Assembly (NCBI GenBank): GCA_963624615.1
Contig: CAVFQN010000166.1
Span: 1-62,559, forward strand
Reading direction: 5' to 3'
Source: Treponemataceae bacterium
GTDB taxonomy: Bacteria > Spirochaetota > Spirochaetia > Treponematales > Treponemataceae
DNA: 62,559 bases
The notes under the pieces are model-generated. The model had not been told where the DNA came from and did not search any database. It worked only from the letters and a program-made list of their open reading frames with translations. Of this stretch, positions 47,442 through 55,354 are shown in pieces. Positions within the stretch are counted from its first letter, which is position 1, and every line of letters starts with the position of its first letter. Both the position numbers and the translations under genes were made by a program.

Positions 47442-47579
47442 ATATATAATTTCCACAAAATGCTAAAAACGGAAATGAAAATGCAAAAAAAGTGAAAAAA
47501 TCTGCGAATTTTTAGGAAAATGAGGGGATTCTACAGGCTCCCTAAAGGGATAACTTTTTTAAGCCGAATATTAAGTTAT

Positions 47580-47614
47580 GGGCATCCTAAAAATTGCAAT
47601 TTTTAGAGTCTCCC
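47580..47614. repeat. Palindromic repeat family copy (module A)
   Basis: GGGCATCCTAAAAATTGCAATTTTTAGAGTCTCCC. Confidence 0.85.
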
Positions 47615-47633
47615 TTATGAAAAACAAACAAAA

Positions 47634-48254
47634 ATGAGGATCACTTCAATGATTAAAAAAACAGGCCGGCCGAACTACATTCTTTTTGCTCTTGTGATTT
47701 TTTTAGCTGCAATTACTGCATTTTCCTGCAAAACCTTGCCAAAAATCCAGGAAATTTCTATTTCGCGAAAAATATTGGATAAGGGAATTTTGTCTCCAAG
47801 GCAACTGGCAGATTTTTTTATGCAAAATAATCCGAAAATTGATGATGATTATATTTTACAATTTGCAACTTATTATGTTGATGAAGCCCTTGCCGAAGGG
47901 ATAAATTCTGATGTTGCTTTTGCCCAAATGTGCCTTGAAACCGGCTATTTGCGTTTTGGGGGGCTGGTTCAGCCTGATTTTCATAATTATTGTGGATTGG
48001 GGGCGATGGACGCAGACCACCCCGGCGAAAAATTTGAAACAGAAGAACTTGGCGTCCGGGCTCATATCCAGCATTTGCAAGCCTATGCGACCCACGAGGA
48101 CGTCAAATTAAACAAAGTCCTTGTTGATCCCCGCTATGGCTGGGTTCACAAAACTAAGTTTGTAGAAGACATCTGGGGACTGGCAGGCACTTGGGCCACC
48201 GATCCCAATTACGGGGCAAAAATTGACTCTATTTTGCAGAGGATGGAGGAATAA
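47634..48254 (+). CDS. Glucosaminidase-domain (GH73-like) peptidoglycan hydrolase lipoprotein
   Basis: AFSC lipobox; AFAQMCLETG, NYCGLG and WATDPNYG motifs. Confidence 0.8.
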   Translation: MRITSMIKKTGRPNYILFALVIFLAAITAFSCKTLPKIQEISISRKILDKGILSPRQLADFFMQNNPKIDDDYILQFATYYVDEALAEGINSDVAFAQMCLETGYLRFGGLVQPDFHNYCGLGAMDADHPGEKFETEELGVRAHIQHLQAYATHEDVKLNKVLVDPRYGWVHKTKFVEDIWGLAGTWATDPNYGAKIDSILQRMEE

Positions 48255-48302
48255 TCCCCCATTTCCTCCATCTCTTTCCCCCTCCATCTCCGGGAAAAAA
48301 AA

Positions 48303-49004
48303 CTACTTTATTGTAGTCCCGATATATTCCTTGTCATTCAAAATGGCTTCGATATTCGGAATATTTTTTCCACCGGCACAAATAACTGTCATACCGTTTG
48401 CATCTGCTTTTTTGGAAGCGATTGGGTCAAAAGGACAGTTTTTGCCAGGAGTCCATTCATCACCAACCATTTTGCGGAAATCTGCCCAGGAAATTTCGTC
48501 AATCGGAGTTGCATCCGGATTTTTTCTAGGGTCATCAGTGTAAACTTTTTCGATATTTGAAAGATTTACGATTGTTTTTGCCTCGAATTTTTCACCAAGA
48601 TAAACAGCGTCTGTATCTGTTGAAAATCCTGGTTTCCAGCCAGAAGCAACCAAAACCTGTCCATCAAATTTCACATCATCAGCTGTAGGATTATAAACTA
48701 CATCATTTTTGCAATAATCCCCAAAAGCAGCCTTTAAAAGCTGGGCATTGATACGGGTTGCCATAATTCCAATCCAGTCTGCGGCATTTGCATCAAAATT
48801 TGCCCCAGTTTTTTCGCAAACTTCTTTGTAGCCATTCTGATAAACGCGGGCTGGTGCTCCACCTCCAGCTACCAAAATCAGGCGGCGGTTTTTATCCTCA
48901 TCAAGCCAAGTACTACACATTTTTACAAATTTTCCCAAAAAATCAGTATCCGGTTTATCGGGAACAATAATTGAACCACCAACGCTCAAAACTTTTGTTG
49001 TCAT
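48303..49004 (-). CDS. pyrH: Uridylate kinase (archaeal/spirochaete type)
   Basis: VLSVGGS, GGGAPAR, DWIGIMATRINA, PGFSTD, VYTDDP and PFDP motifs. Confidence 0.9.
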   Translation of the reverse strand: MTTKVLSVGGSIIVPDKPDTDFLGKFVKMCSTWLDEDKNRRLILVAGGGAPARVYQNGYKEVCEKTGANFDANAADWIGIMATRINAQLLKAAFGDYCKNDVVYNPTADDVKFDGQVLVASGWKPGFSTDTDAVYLGEKFEAKTIVNLSNIEKVYTDDPRKNPDATPIDEISWADFRKMVGDEWTPGKNCPFDPIASKKADANGMTVICAGGKNIPNIEAILNDKEYIGTTIK

Positions 49005-49072
49005 ATTAACTCCTATAAAAACTCAAGCATAAAACTTCAGTTTTTTTTATATCCATATTTAGTATACTCTTT

Positions 49073-50782
49073 TTAGTATACACCTTTTACGACCGGTGTA
49101 CTCCAATAACTGCTGTATTTTACTGTATTTGCACTTGCCTCTTCCCAAATTGACTGGAGGGCAAAGGATCTCGGCTGCTGAACAATTTTGCTATCAGCAC
49201 TAAAAGGCTTAAGTTGATTCCAGCCTCGCGAAAAAGAAACGTGGTGGGAATCTAAATTGCCAAAATAGAAATCGGTCTCATTCTCGATATCGCTTTCTGA
49301 CCATTTTTTATATTCAAGACCATCACCCAAAGCAGGGTCGGCAGGCAGCCAGCCTACCCGGTCAATGTAAAATTCCACCCACCAATGAGCCTGACTTGTC
49401 AAATCTGAGGAAATCAAAATACCGCCATTTGGCAGGGCAGGAATTCCAGCAGCCCGCAAAAGGGCCGTAAAAATAACCGCGTAATCATAAGCATCTCCCT
49501 TGGACTTTTTAATTAAATCCAGGGGGTCGGCGTCGTTTTTGCGGAGTTTTTTTGTAAGCTCAAAATTTTCAATCATATACCTGTAAATCAGCTTTGCTTT
49601 TCTGTAAGAATTTGTTTCTTTGCCAACAATTTTTGTCACAAGATTTTTTACATCCTCATTTTCGGACGGAATCAAATTATCCTGCCGCAAAGCCTTGGAA
49701 AGCAGATTTTTGTTTATGTTTTTGTAATTTCCGATTTTCCCAGCATTTATTTCCGAGTGAACTTCATAAACCGGGAGAACGAAAGTCTGGCTAAAGATTT
49801 TTTTGGGAGTATTGTTTTTTGCTTTTGTGATTTGATGGATTAAATCATTTTGATAATTCATCAAAATTGGGGTCGGAGAAGTTTCTGTGATTTCTACATT
49901 TGGCTGGGCCGAACTTGTAAAAGGAATAGGACAGCGCAAAGTGATGGTGGAAGTATCACTTGTCACTAAATCTGCAATATCAGCAGAATACTGGATAAGG
50001 TAGATTTTTTTGCTAGTAAAAATTTTTTTGCCCGCATCTGTATTGATTGAAAGTTCTTTCGGCGAAGATTTTTCCCGGCCGGTATCAACAACCACGACAC
50101 CAGAACATGCTCCATCTGGAACGCGGACTTTAATTTCTGTATTCGACCAGGAAATATAATTAAAATCATCATCACTACAGGCAATCATATTTTCTGTAAG
50201 AAGGATAAGGCTTTTAAAATCCGCACTTTCTATTTTACCTGCATAATCAATCGTAAAAAGAACTTTGGACTGGCCTTTTGTATCACCAAAATTATTTCCA
50301 AAAATTACAAGCTCTTCCCCAATATTTACTTTTTCAGATGACAGGCTGGTGATGACAGGCTTTGTAACCTGCTGAACTTCTGGAACAGGAACAGGAATAT
50401 CCACCTCATTCGCGAACAAAGCTGGCTCTGACCGCAAATTTTTTGTACCCACATAAACAAGCCCATCCTGAACATTTGCCGGAAGCACTATTTTAATCTG
50501 GCTGTCACTCCAAGAAATATAAGAACTGGCGGTCAACTTTGCCCCCGCAATTTCGACATAACTCATATCGCGGACATCGCCAAAGTTTTTCCCAGTAATT
50601 AAAACCACATCCCCAGGGGAACCAACCGGCGGAGTCACAGATTCGATTACGGGTATAGGTTTATTTTTTTTATTGATAAGAAAAATTGCGCCTAGAACGA
50701 GGACAATAATCAAAATGACGATACCGGCTCTAAAAAGTGGGTATCGTCTGATTGAGTAATTAATTTTTCCAGATGAATTCAC
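49073..50782 (-). CDS. Membrane-anchored IPT/TIG + transglutaminase-like protein (catalytic Cys absent)
   Basis: N-terminal TM; two IPT repeats (ITGKNFG...SWSD, IFGNNFG...SWSN); GDAYDYA...LLRAAGIPA...HWWVE...ADP. Confidence 0.8.
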   Translation of the reverse strand: MNSSGKINYSIRRYPLFRAGIVILIIVLVLGAIFLINKKNKPIPVIESVTPPVGSPGDVVLITGKNFGDVRDMSYVEIAGAKLTASSYISWSDSQIKIVLPANVQDGLVYVGTKNLRSEPALFANEVDIPVPVPEVQQVTKPVITSLSSEKVNIGEELVIFGNNFGDTKGQSKVLFTIDYAGKIESADFKSLILLTENMIACSDDDFNYISWSNTEIKVRVPDGACSGVVVVDTGREKSSPKELSINTDAGKKIFTSKKIYLIQYSADIADLVTSDTSTITLRCPIPFTSSAQPNVEITETSPTPILMNYQNDLIHQITKAKNNTPKKIFSQTFVLPVYEVHSEINAGKIGNYKNINKNLLSKALRQDNLIPSENEDVKNLVTKIVGKETNSYRKAKLIYRYMIENFELTKKLRKNDADPLDLIKKSKGDAYDYAVIFTALLRAAGIPALPNGGILISSDLTSQAHWWVEFYIDRVGWLPADPALGDGLEYKKWSESDIENETDFYFGNLDSHHVSFSRGWNQLKPFSADSKIVQQPRSFALQSIWEEASANTVKYSSYWSTPVVKGVY

Positions 50783-51477
50783 TAAAATTTACCTGACATT
50801 ATGCCCATTGGAACGTTAACTTCTGTCACTACAGGAATTTCGCCAACCCTTGGGACACTAATCCTTATAGAAATTTGTTCATCTTCCAGGTCTGGGCGTA
50901 ACACTTCAATCTCTTTTGTATATTTCATAAGAGCTGAATTTTCTTTCACGCCAGTTCCAGGATGATTTACTGTTCCTTGCATATTACCCGAAACCAGCAC
51001 ATTTCTTCCACTATTTATAGCCACATTATTTGCAGCAATTGTAGAAGAAGAGCCGGAAATGGCAGAAACAGTCGCAACTGAAGTCGTACCAAATCCAGAA
51101 CCAGTGATTGGGTTCGAGGTGGATGTTGCAGATGTATTTAAACGGATTGGAATGATAAGGGCAAATACAGCCGCTGCAGCCGCCACCGTCGCAATATATC
51201 CCAAATGTAATTTATTTGATTTTTTTGATTTTCCAGAATTTTTACTGTAAGCCATTTTAATTTGCAGGCGTTCATAACTTTTATCCAGAAAATCATCACT
51301 AAGGCTGATAGAGTCTGAATCTAAATGCAAGGCTGACCGAAGAGCCTTTATTTTGTTCAGTTCGTTTTGGCAGGCTGGGCAAGATTTTACATGAGATTCA
51401 TATTCCTCTCTGTAAATTTCCGGCAATTCGTTATCTAAATAAATAGAATGAATATCTTTACTCGGGCAAAAAGACAT
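50782..51477 (-). CDS. Zinc-finger (zf-HC2/ZAS) anti-sigma factor
   Basis: C...YLDNEL...HVKSCPAC motif, central TM helix; coupled to the ECF sigma gene. Confidence 0.85.
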   Translation of the reverse strand: MSFCPSKDIHSIYLDNELPEIYREEYESHVKSCPACQNELNKIKALRSALHLDSDSISLSDDFLDKSYERLQIKMAYSKNSGKSKKSNKLHLGYIATVAAAAAVFALIIPIRLNTSATSTSNPITGSGFGTTSVATVSAISGSSSTIAANNVAINSGRNVLVSGNMQGTVNHPGTGVKENSALMKYTKEIEVLRPDLEDEQISIRISVPRVGEIPVVTEVNVPMGIMSGKF

Positions 51478-52027
51478 TATCTTCTCCTATTAACTTAACA
51501 AGCTGCTCCCTGGCTCTAAAAATTCTGACTTTTACGTTTCCTTCCGTAATTCCCAAAACCTTTCCGATTTCCTTGTAGTTGAGATCTGCATATTCACGCA
51601 ACATAAGGACTTCCTGCAGGTTTTTAGGCAGTTTTTTTAAAGCTTCCCTAGCTTTATTAATTGAATCCTGTTTCAATAAATCAGTTTCACCAGATTCTGA
51701 TTTCCTATGATCTTCATAAAGCACTTTTTCATAGGCTTTACGCTCGCGATCCTTTCGTTTGACGTAATTTAATGACGCATTTTTGACAACGCGGATAAGC
51801 CAGTATTTTGCATCATTGAGTGATGGGAAAACTAAAGCCTTTTCATTTGCCTTAATCAGCGAATCATGGGCTAAGTCTTCGGCAACTTCTTCATCATTCA
51901 CAATTTTGTATGAAATTTTGAAGAGCATCTGCATTGAAGCGTCATAAATTTTTTTAAAGTCAACAGGGGAAGAAGCGTCTAGCTTTTCCATTGTTTCTGT
52001 CTGACCCTCGTCATTATTATAAAACAC
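51458..52027 (-). CDS. ECF-type RNA polymerase sigma factor (start may be ATG 51991)
   Basis: AEDLAHD and WLIRVVKN (region 2); LNYKEIGKVLGITEGNVKVRIFRAR (region 4.2). Confidence 0.92.
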   Translation of the reverse strand: MFYNNDEGQTETMEKLDASSPVDFKKIYDASMQMLFKISYKIVNDEEVAEDLAHDSLIKANEKALVFPSLNDAKYWLIRVVKNASLNYVKRKDRERKAYEKVLYEDHRKSESGETDLLKQDSINKAREALKKLPKNLQEVLMLREYADLNYKEIGKVLGITEGNVKVRIFRAREQLVKLIGEDNVFLPE

Positions 52028-52072
52028 AGAAAGATCCTAAAAGTTACGTTATTTTTTTTAGAGATTACTAAA

Positions 52073-53626
52073 CTACGAGCGCTTCCATGTTGGACCGTTC
52101 GGTGTATCTATTATGATAACACCGCGACCAGTCAAAAGGTTACGAATTTCATCGGCCCGGCCAAAATCTTTTGCTTTTTTGGCAGCAGTTCTTTCTGCAA
52201 TCAAAGAGTCTATTTCTGCTGCCTCCGGGTCATCAGAATGATCCTGCTGGCTCTGAGAATGGGCATTTTTTTCCTGTTCTGCAAGAACTTCAAAAGCATT
52301 TTTGATAACGTCCAGGCTCAAAACTTTGTCCATTTTGAAAATTGCAGACAAAGCATCAGAAGCCTTTACCCCACCCTTGCCATTTGATTCTTTTTGCATG
52401 GCTGCCATGGCGATTGGAGTGGCAAGGTCATTTGAAAGCCCTTCGCGGAATTTTGCAAGATTTTCGTCCTCAAAATCGATTTTTTCAAGAATTTGGGCAA
52501 AATTCTCTGGTGTAAGGCCAAGTTTTTCTTCGGTATTTGCCCGAGAAATCAGTTTGGCAACTCTCTGATTTAATGCAGAACGAGAAGATTTTGCAGAGTT
52601 CAAAGCATCAAAAGAAAAAACCAGCTGCTTTCTGTAGTGACCACCCAAAAGGAAAAAGCGATAATCTAGAGGTTCGTAGCCCTTATCTTTAAGAGAAAAA
52701 CCTTTTTCGGCAGGAAGACTGGTCTGCAGGGTGATAAAATGTCCTGAAGATTTGGACATTTTGCCACCTTCCAAAATCAAAAATTCGTTATGAAGCCAAT
52801 AATTTACCCATGGACCTTCTTTTCGGTCTTCTTCGGTAAAAGAACCTTCCGACTGGGCAATTTCGTTTGTATGATGAACTGGAACGTGGTCAATTCCGCC
52901 GGTATGAATATCAAAATGCTTTCCAAGATATTTCATACTCATGGCAGAACATTCGATATGCCAGCCAGGATAGCCCCGCCCCCAAGGTGAATCCCAAGTC
53001 ATAGCCTGGTCTTCAAATTTTGATTTTGTAAACCAGAGGACAAAATCACCAGGATTGCGTTTATTATCATCAACAACAACAACCTTACGCTTGCCGGCTC
53101 CAGCCTTCAGTTCATCAAGATTTAAATTAGCAAGTTTTCCATAATCCGGGTAAGTTGAAATATCATAATAAAGGTTGCCGCCGGCCATGTAAGTATGTCC
53201 GTTAGCCTCAATTTTTTTGATAAGCTCAATCATAACATCGATATGCTCGGTAGCCTTACAAATTACATCAGGATGGCGGATATTGAGGGCGTCAATATCT
53301 TTCATAAAAGCGTCAGTATAAAACTGGGCAACTTCCAGAACAGACTGATGACGTTCGGCGGCGGATTTTTTCATTTTATCTTCGCCTTCATCATTGTCGC
53401 CGGTAAGGTGACCAACATCAGTGATATTCATAACATGCTTGATTTTGTAGCCAAGCATTGTAAGGGTTTTATCAAGAATATCCAGAAAAACGTAAGCACG
53501 CAGATTTCCGATATGAGCGTAGTTGTAAACTGTAGGTCCGCAGCCGTAAAATCCAACAAAACCTTCGTGGATTGGCTTAAATTCTTCCATTTTGTGTCCC
53601 ATGGTGTTGTACAGTTTTAAACTCAT
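52073..53626 (-). CDS. cysS: Cysteinyl-tRNA synthetase
   Basis: CGPTVY, HIGN, PGWHIECSAM and KMSKS motifs. Confidence 0.97.
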   Translation of the reverse strand: MSLKLYNTMGHKMEEFKPIHEGFVGFYGCGPTVYNYAHIGNLRAYVFLDILDKTLTMLGYKIKHVMNITDVGHLTGDNDEGEDKMKKSAAERHQSVLEVAQFYTDAFMKDIDALNIRHPDVICKATEHIDVMIELIKKIEANGHTYMAGGNLYYDISTYPDYGKLANLNLDELKAGAGKRKVVVVDDNKRNPGDFVLWFTKSKFEDQAMTWDSPWGRGYPGWHIECSAMSMKYLGKHFDIHTGGIDHVPVHHTNEIAQSEGSFTEEDRKEGPWVNYWLHNEFLILEGGKMSKSSGHFITLQTSLPAEKGFSLKDKGYEPLDYRFFLLGGHYRKQLVFSFDALNSAKSSRSALNQRVAKLISRANTEEKLGLTPENFAQILEKIDFEDENLAKFREGLSNDLATPIAMAAMQKESNGKGGVKASDALSAIFKMDKVLSLDVIKNAFEVLAEQEKNAHSQSQQDHSDDPEAAEIDSLIAERTAAKKAKDFGRADEIRNLLTGRGVIIIDTPNGPTWKRS

Positions 53627-53658
53627 TTTCTACCTCGTTTATTTTGTGATTAGGATTA

Positions 53659-53681
53659 GGGCATCTCTAAAAAATCATTTT
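53659..53681. repeat. Half copy (module D left arm) of the palindromic repeat family
   Basis: GGGCATCTCTAAAAAATCATTTT. Confidence 0.7.
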
Positions 53682-53762
53682 AGGTGCGGGGAAAATATTA
53701 GCATTTTTTTGGATTTCCAGCAAATCACATTAGCCCAACCAGCCCACTCTAGCCAGTCCGCA

Positions 53763-54422
53763 CTAGCCCAGCAAATTTTTCTTTCCCCAGGTCTGGATAA
53801 AATCGGCAGGATTTTTGCTGAGCAGAGCTTTTACCAGCAAAAGATTTGTCTGACTAAAAACATTTTGCATAAGTATCTGCTGGTCAGGTGAAAATTTGCT
53901 CAAAACCCAGTCTGCCACACCAATTTTGCCATTTTCCGGCCTGCCAATTCCAAAACGGAGACGCCAGAAATCTGGAGTATTCAAGACTGCTTTTGTGGAA
54001 CGGAGACCATTGTGACCGCCAAGCCCACCAGACCATTTCCAGCTTACAAAACCAAGCGGCAATTCCAATTCATCGTGAACTACGAGAATTTCTTCCGGCT
54101 TAATTTTGTAAAAATTTGCCACTTCAATGATACTTTCGCCGCTCAAATTCATATAGGTTTGAGGTTTTAGAAAGTAGATGTGGGCAGGAGCTTCTTCCGG
54201 GACCAAAACCGGACTTCCGTCTTTTTTAGAACAGATTTTTGTATCACAAGCCCACTGGGAGAGTTTCTGGGGAGTAAAATTTGCAATCTCCCCTTTGAAC
54301 TTAGACTGCCAGGTCAATTTATTTGCAAATGGCAAAGAATCTTCAAAGAACCAGGCAACATTGTGCCTGGTTTTGTCGTATTCTCTTCCGTAATTTCCTA
54401 AGAATGCGACTAATTTTATCAT
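53763..54422 (-). CDS. pth: Peptidyl-tRNA hydrolase
   Basis: LGN..Y..TRHN, KPQTYMNLSG, VVHDELEL and GGHNGLRS motifs. Confidence 0.93.
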   Translation of the reverse strand: MIKLVAFLGNYGREYDKTRHNVAWFFEDSLPFANKLTWQSKFKGEIANFTPQKLSQWACDTKICSKKDGSPVLVPEEAPAHIYFLKPQTYMNLSGESIIEVANFYKIKPEEILVVHDELELPLGFVSWKWSGGLGGHNGLRSTKAVLNTPDFWRLRFGIGRPENGKIGVADWVLSKFSPDQQILMQNVFSQTNLLLVKALLSKNPADFIQTWGKKNLLG

Positions 54423-55342
54423 TTTACAAAATCTTCCGCATTTTTATTGAATTTTTCTACAGCGTAAGATGCAAGCTCAAAAACGTAAGGACTTTCGCTG
54501 CAAGTTGCGTAATATTTTGTTTCGCCGGCCTCGTTTTCTGAAGCAATTTTGTAAATTTCTATGCTTGCACTTTCGTAATCGTGACCGATTTTTGCAGAAA
54601 GAAGGAATTCTCCGCCCAAATCATCAGCTTTTACATCATCACCATACCAGGAAGTAGTAGTGAGAGTTGCAGCATTTTGCAAAACAGTAGTCGCTTTTTC
54701 TGGGTCAACTTCCGCATCTGGAATTGAAATTGTCCAGGAAGTTGAATCATCAGACCCCATGCGACTGAGCGACCAGGTTGTGCCATCAGCTTTTGTAACA
54801 TTCAAAGAATTTACAGTCTCTTTGTCAAATCCCCAGATAACTCGGGAACGAAGTTTTGTTAAATCTTTATCAAAAATTGTACGGAGATTACCAGAGGCAA
54901 GGTAAATATCGTTTCCACCGTCAACTGTGATGTAAGACTGAGAAGCCGAACTTGCATCTTTACCAATTTCCAGACTGCGAAGAACTTTTCCGCCCTTTTT
55001 GATTTCGACAGAAATTTTCTTGGTGTCTACAAGTTCATATTTTGACCGAGTATTATCATTTACAGAAGCAACTTTATCCAAAGCCCGAATTTCTTTTGAT
55101 GCGTCAATAAAGTCATCAACGGTCGTTCCATTAGCCGGGTATTTTTTGTCTGTAACAAACCAATCATCCCCATCTTTTGTAAGAAGAAGATTTTCTGATG
55201 GAGTCACAATCGTGATTTCGTCAGGGTTGTCATCATACTTAAAATATTTTGCACCATCACGAGCAGCTGCAATTCCCTGAATAAGACAAAGAACAAGGAG
55301 CAGCAGATCAGCAATAATTAATACTAATTTTCTAGTTTTCAT
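54419..55342 (-). CDS. DUF4340-domain protein
   Basis: N-terminal TM; two repeats of W...A..V..F type; follows the GldG-like gene. Confidence 0.7.
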   Translation of the reverse strand: MKTRKLVLIIADLLLLVLCLIQGIAAARDGAKYFKYDDNPDEITIVTPSENLLLTKDGDDWFVTDKKYPANGTTVDDFIDASKEIRALDKVASVNDNTRSKYELVDTKKISVEIKKGGKVLRSLEIGKDASSASQSYITVDGGNDIYLASGNLRTIFDKDLTKLRSRVIWGFDKETVNSLNVTKADGTTWSLSRMGSDDSTSWTISIPDAEVDPEKATTVLQNAATLTTTSWYGDDVKADDLGGEFLLSAKIGHDYESASIEIYKIASENEAGETKYYATCSESPYVFELASYAVEKFNKNAEDFVK

Positions 55343-55354
55343 ATATTCCCCCAT

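Noticed and set aside
46770..47456. RadC JAB domain as part of a CBASS or other defence system
   Set aside because: It is a full-length HhH+JAB chromosomal RadC with no cyclase, E1/E2 or mobile-element neighbours
6559..47614. 29-bp identical palindromic repeats as a CRISPR array
   Set aside because: The copies are kilobases apart, in both orientations, with no spacer periodicity and no cas genes
52052..52068. Additional half copy of the palindromic family (GTAATCTCTAAAAAAAA on the minus strand)
   Set aside because: Too short and AT-rich to distinguish from chance
3708..53681. Repeats as integron attC sites
   Set aside because: No RYYYAAC...GTTRRRY cores, no integrase, and the flanked genes are mostly core genes in mixed orientation
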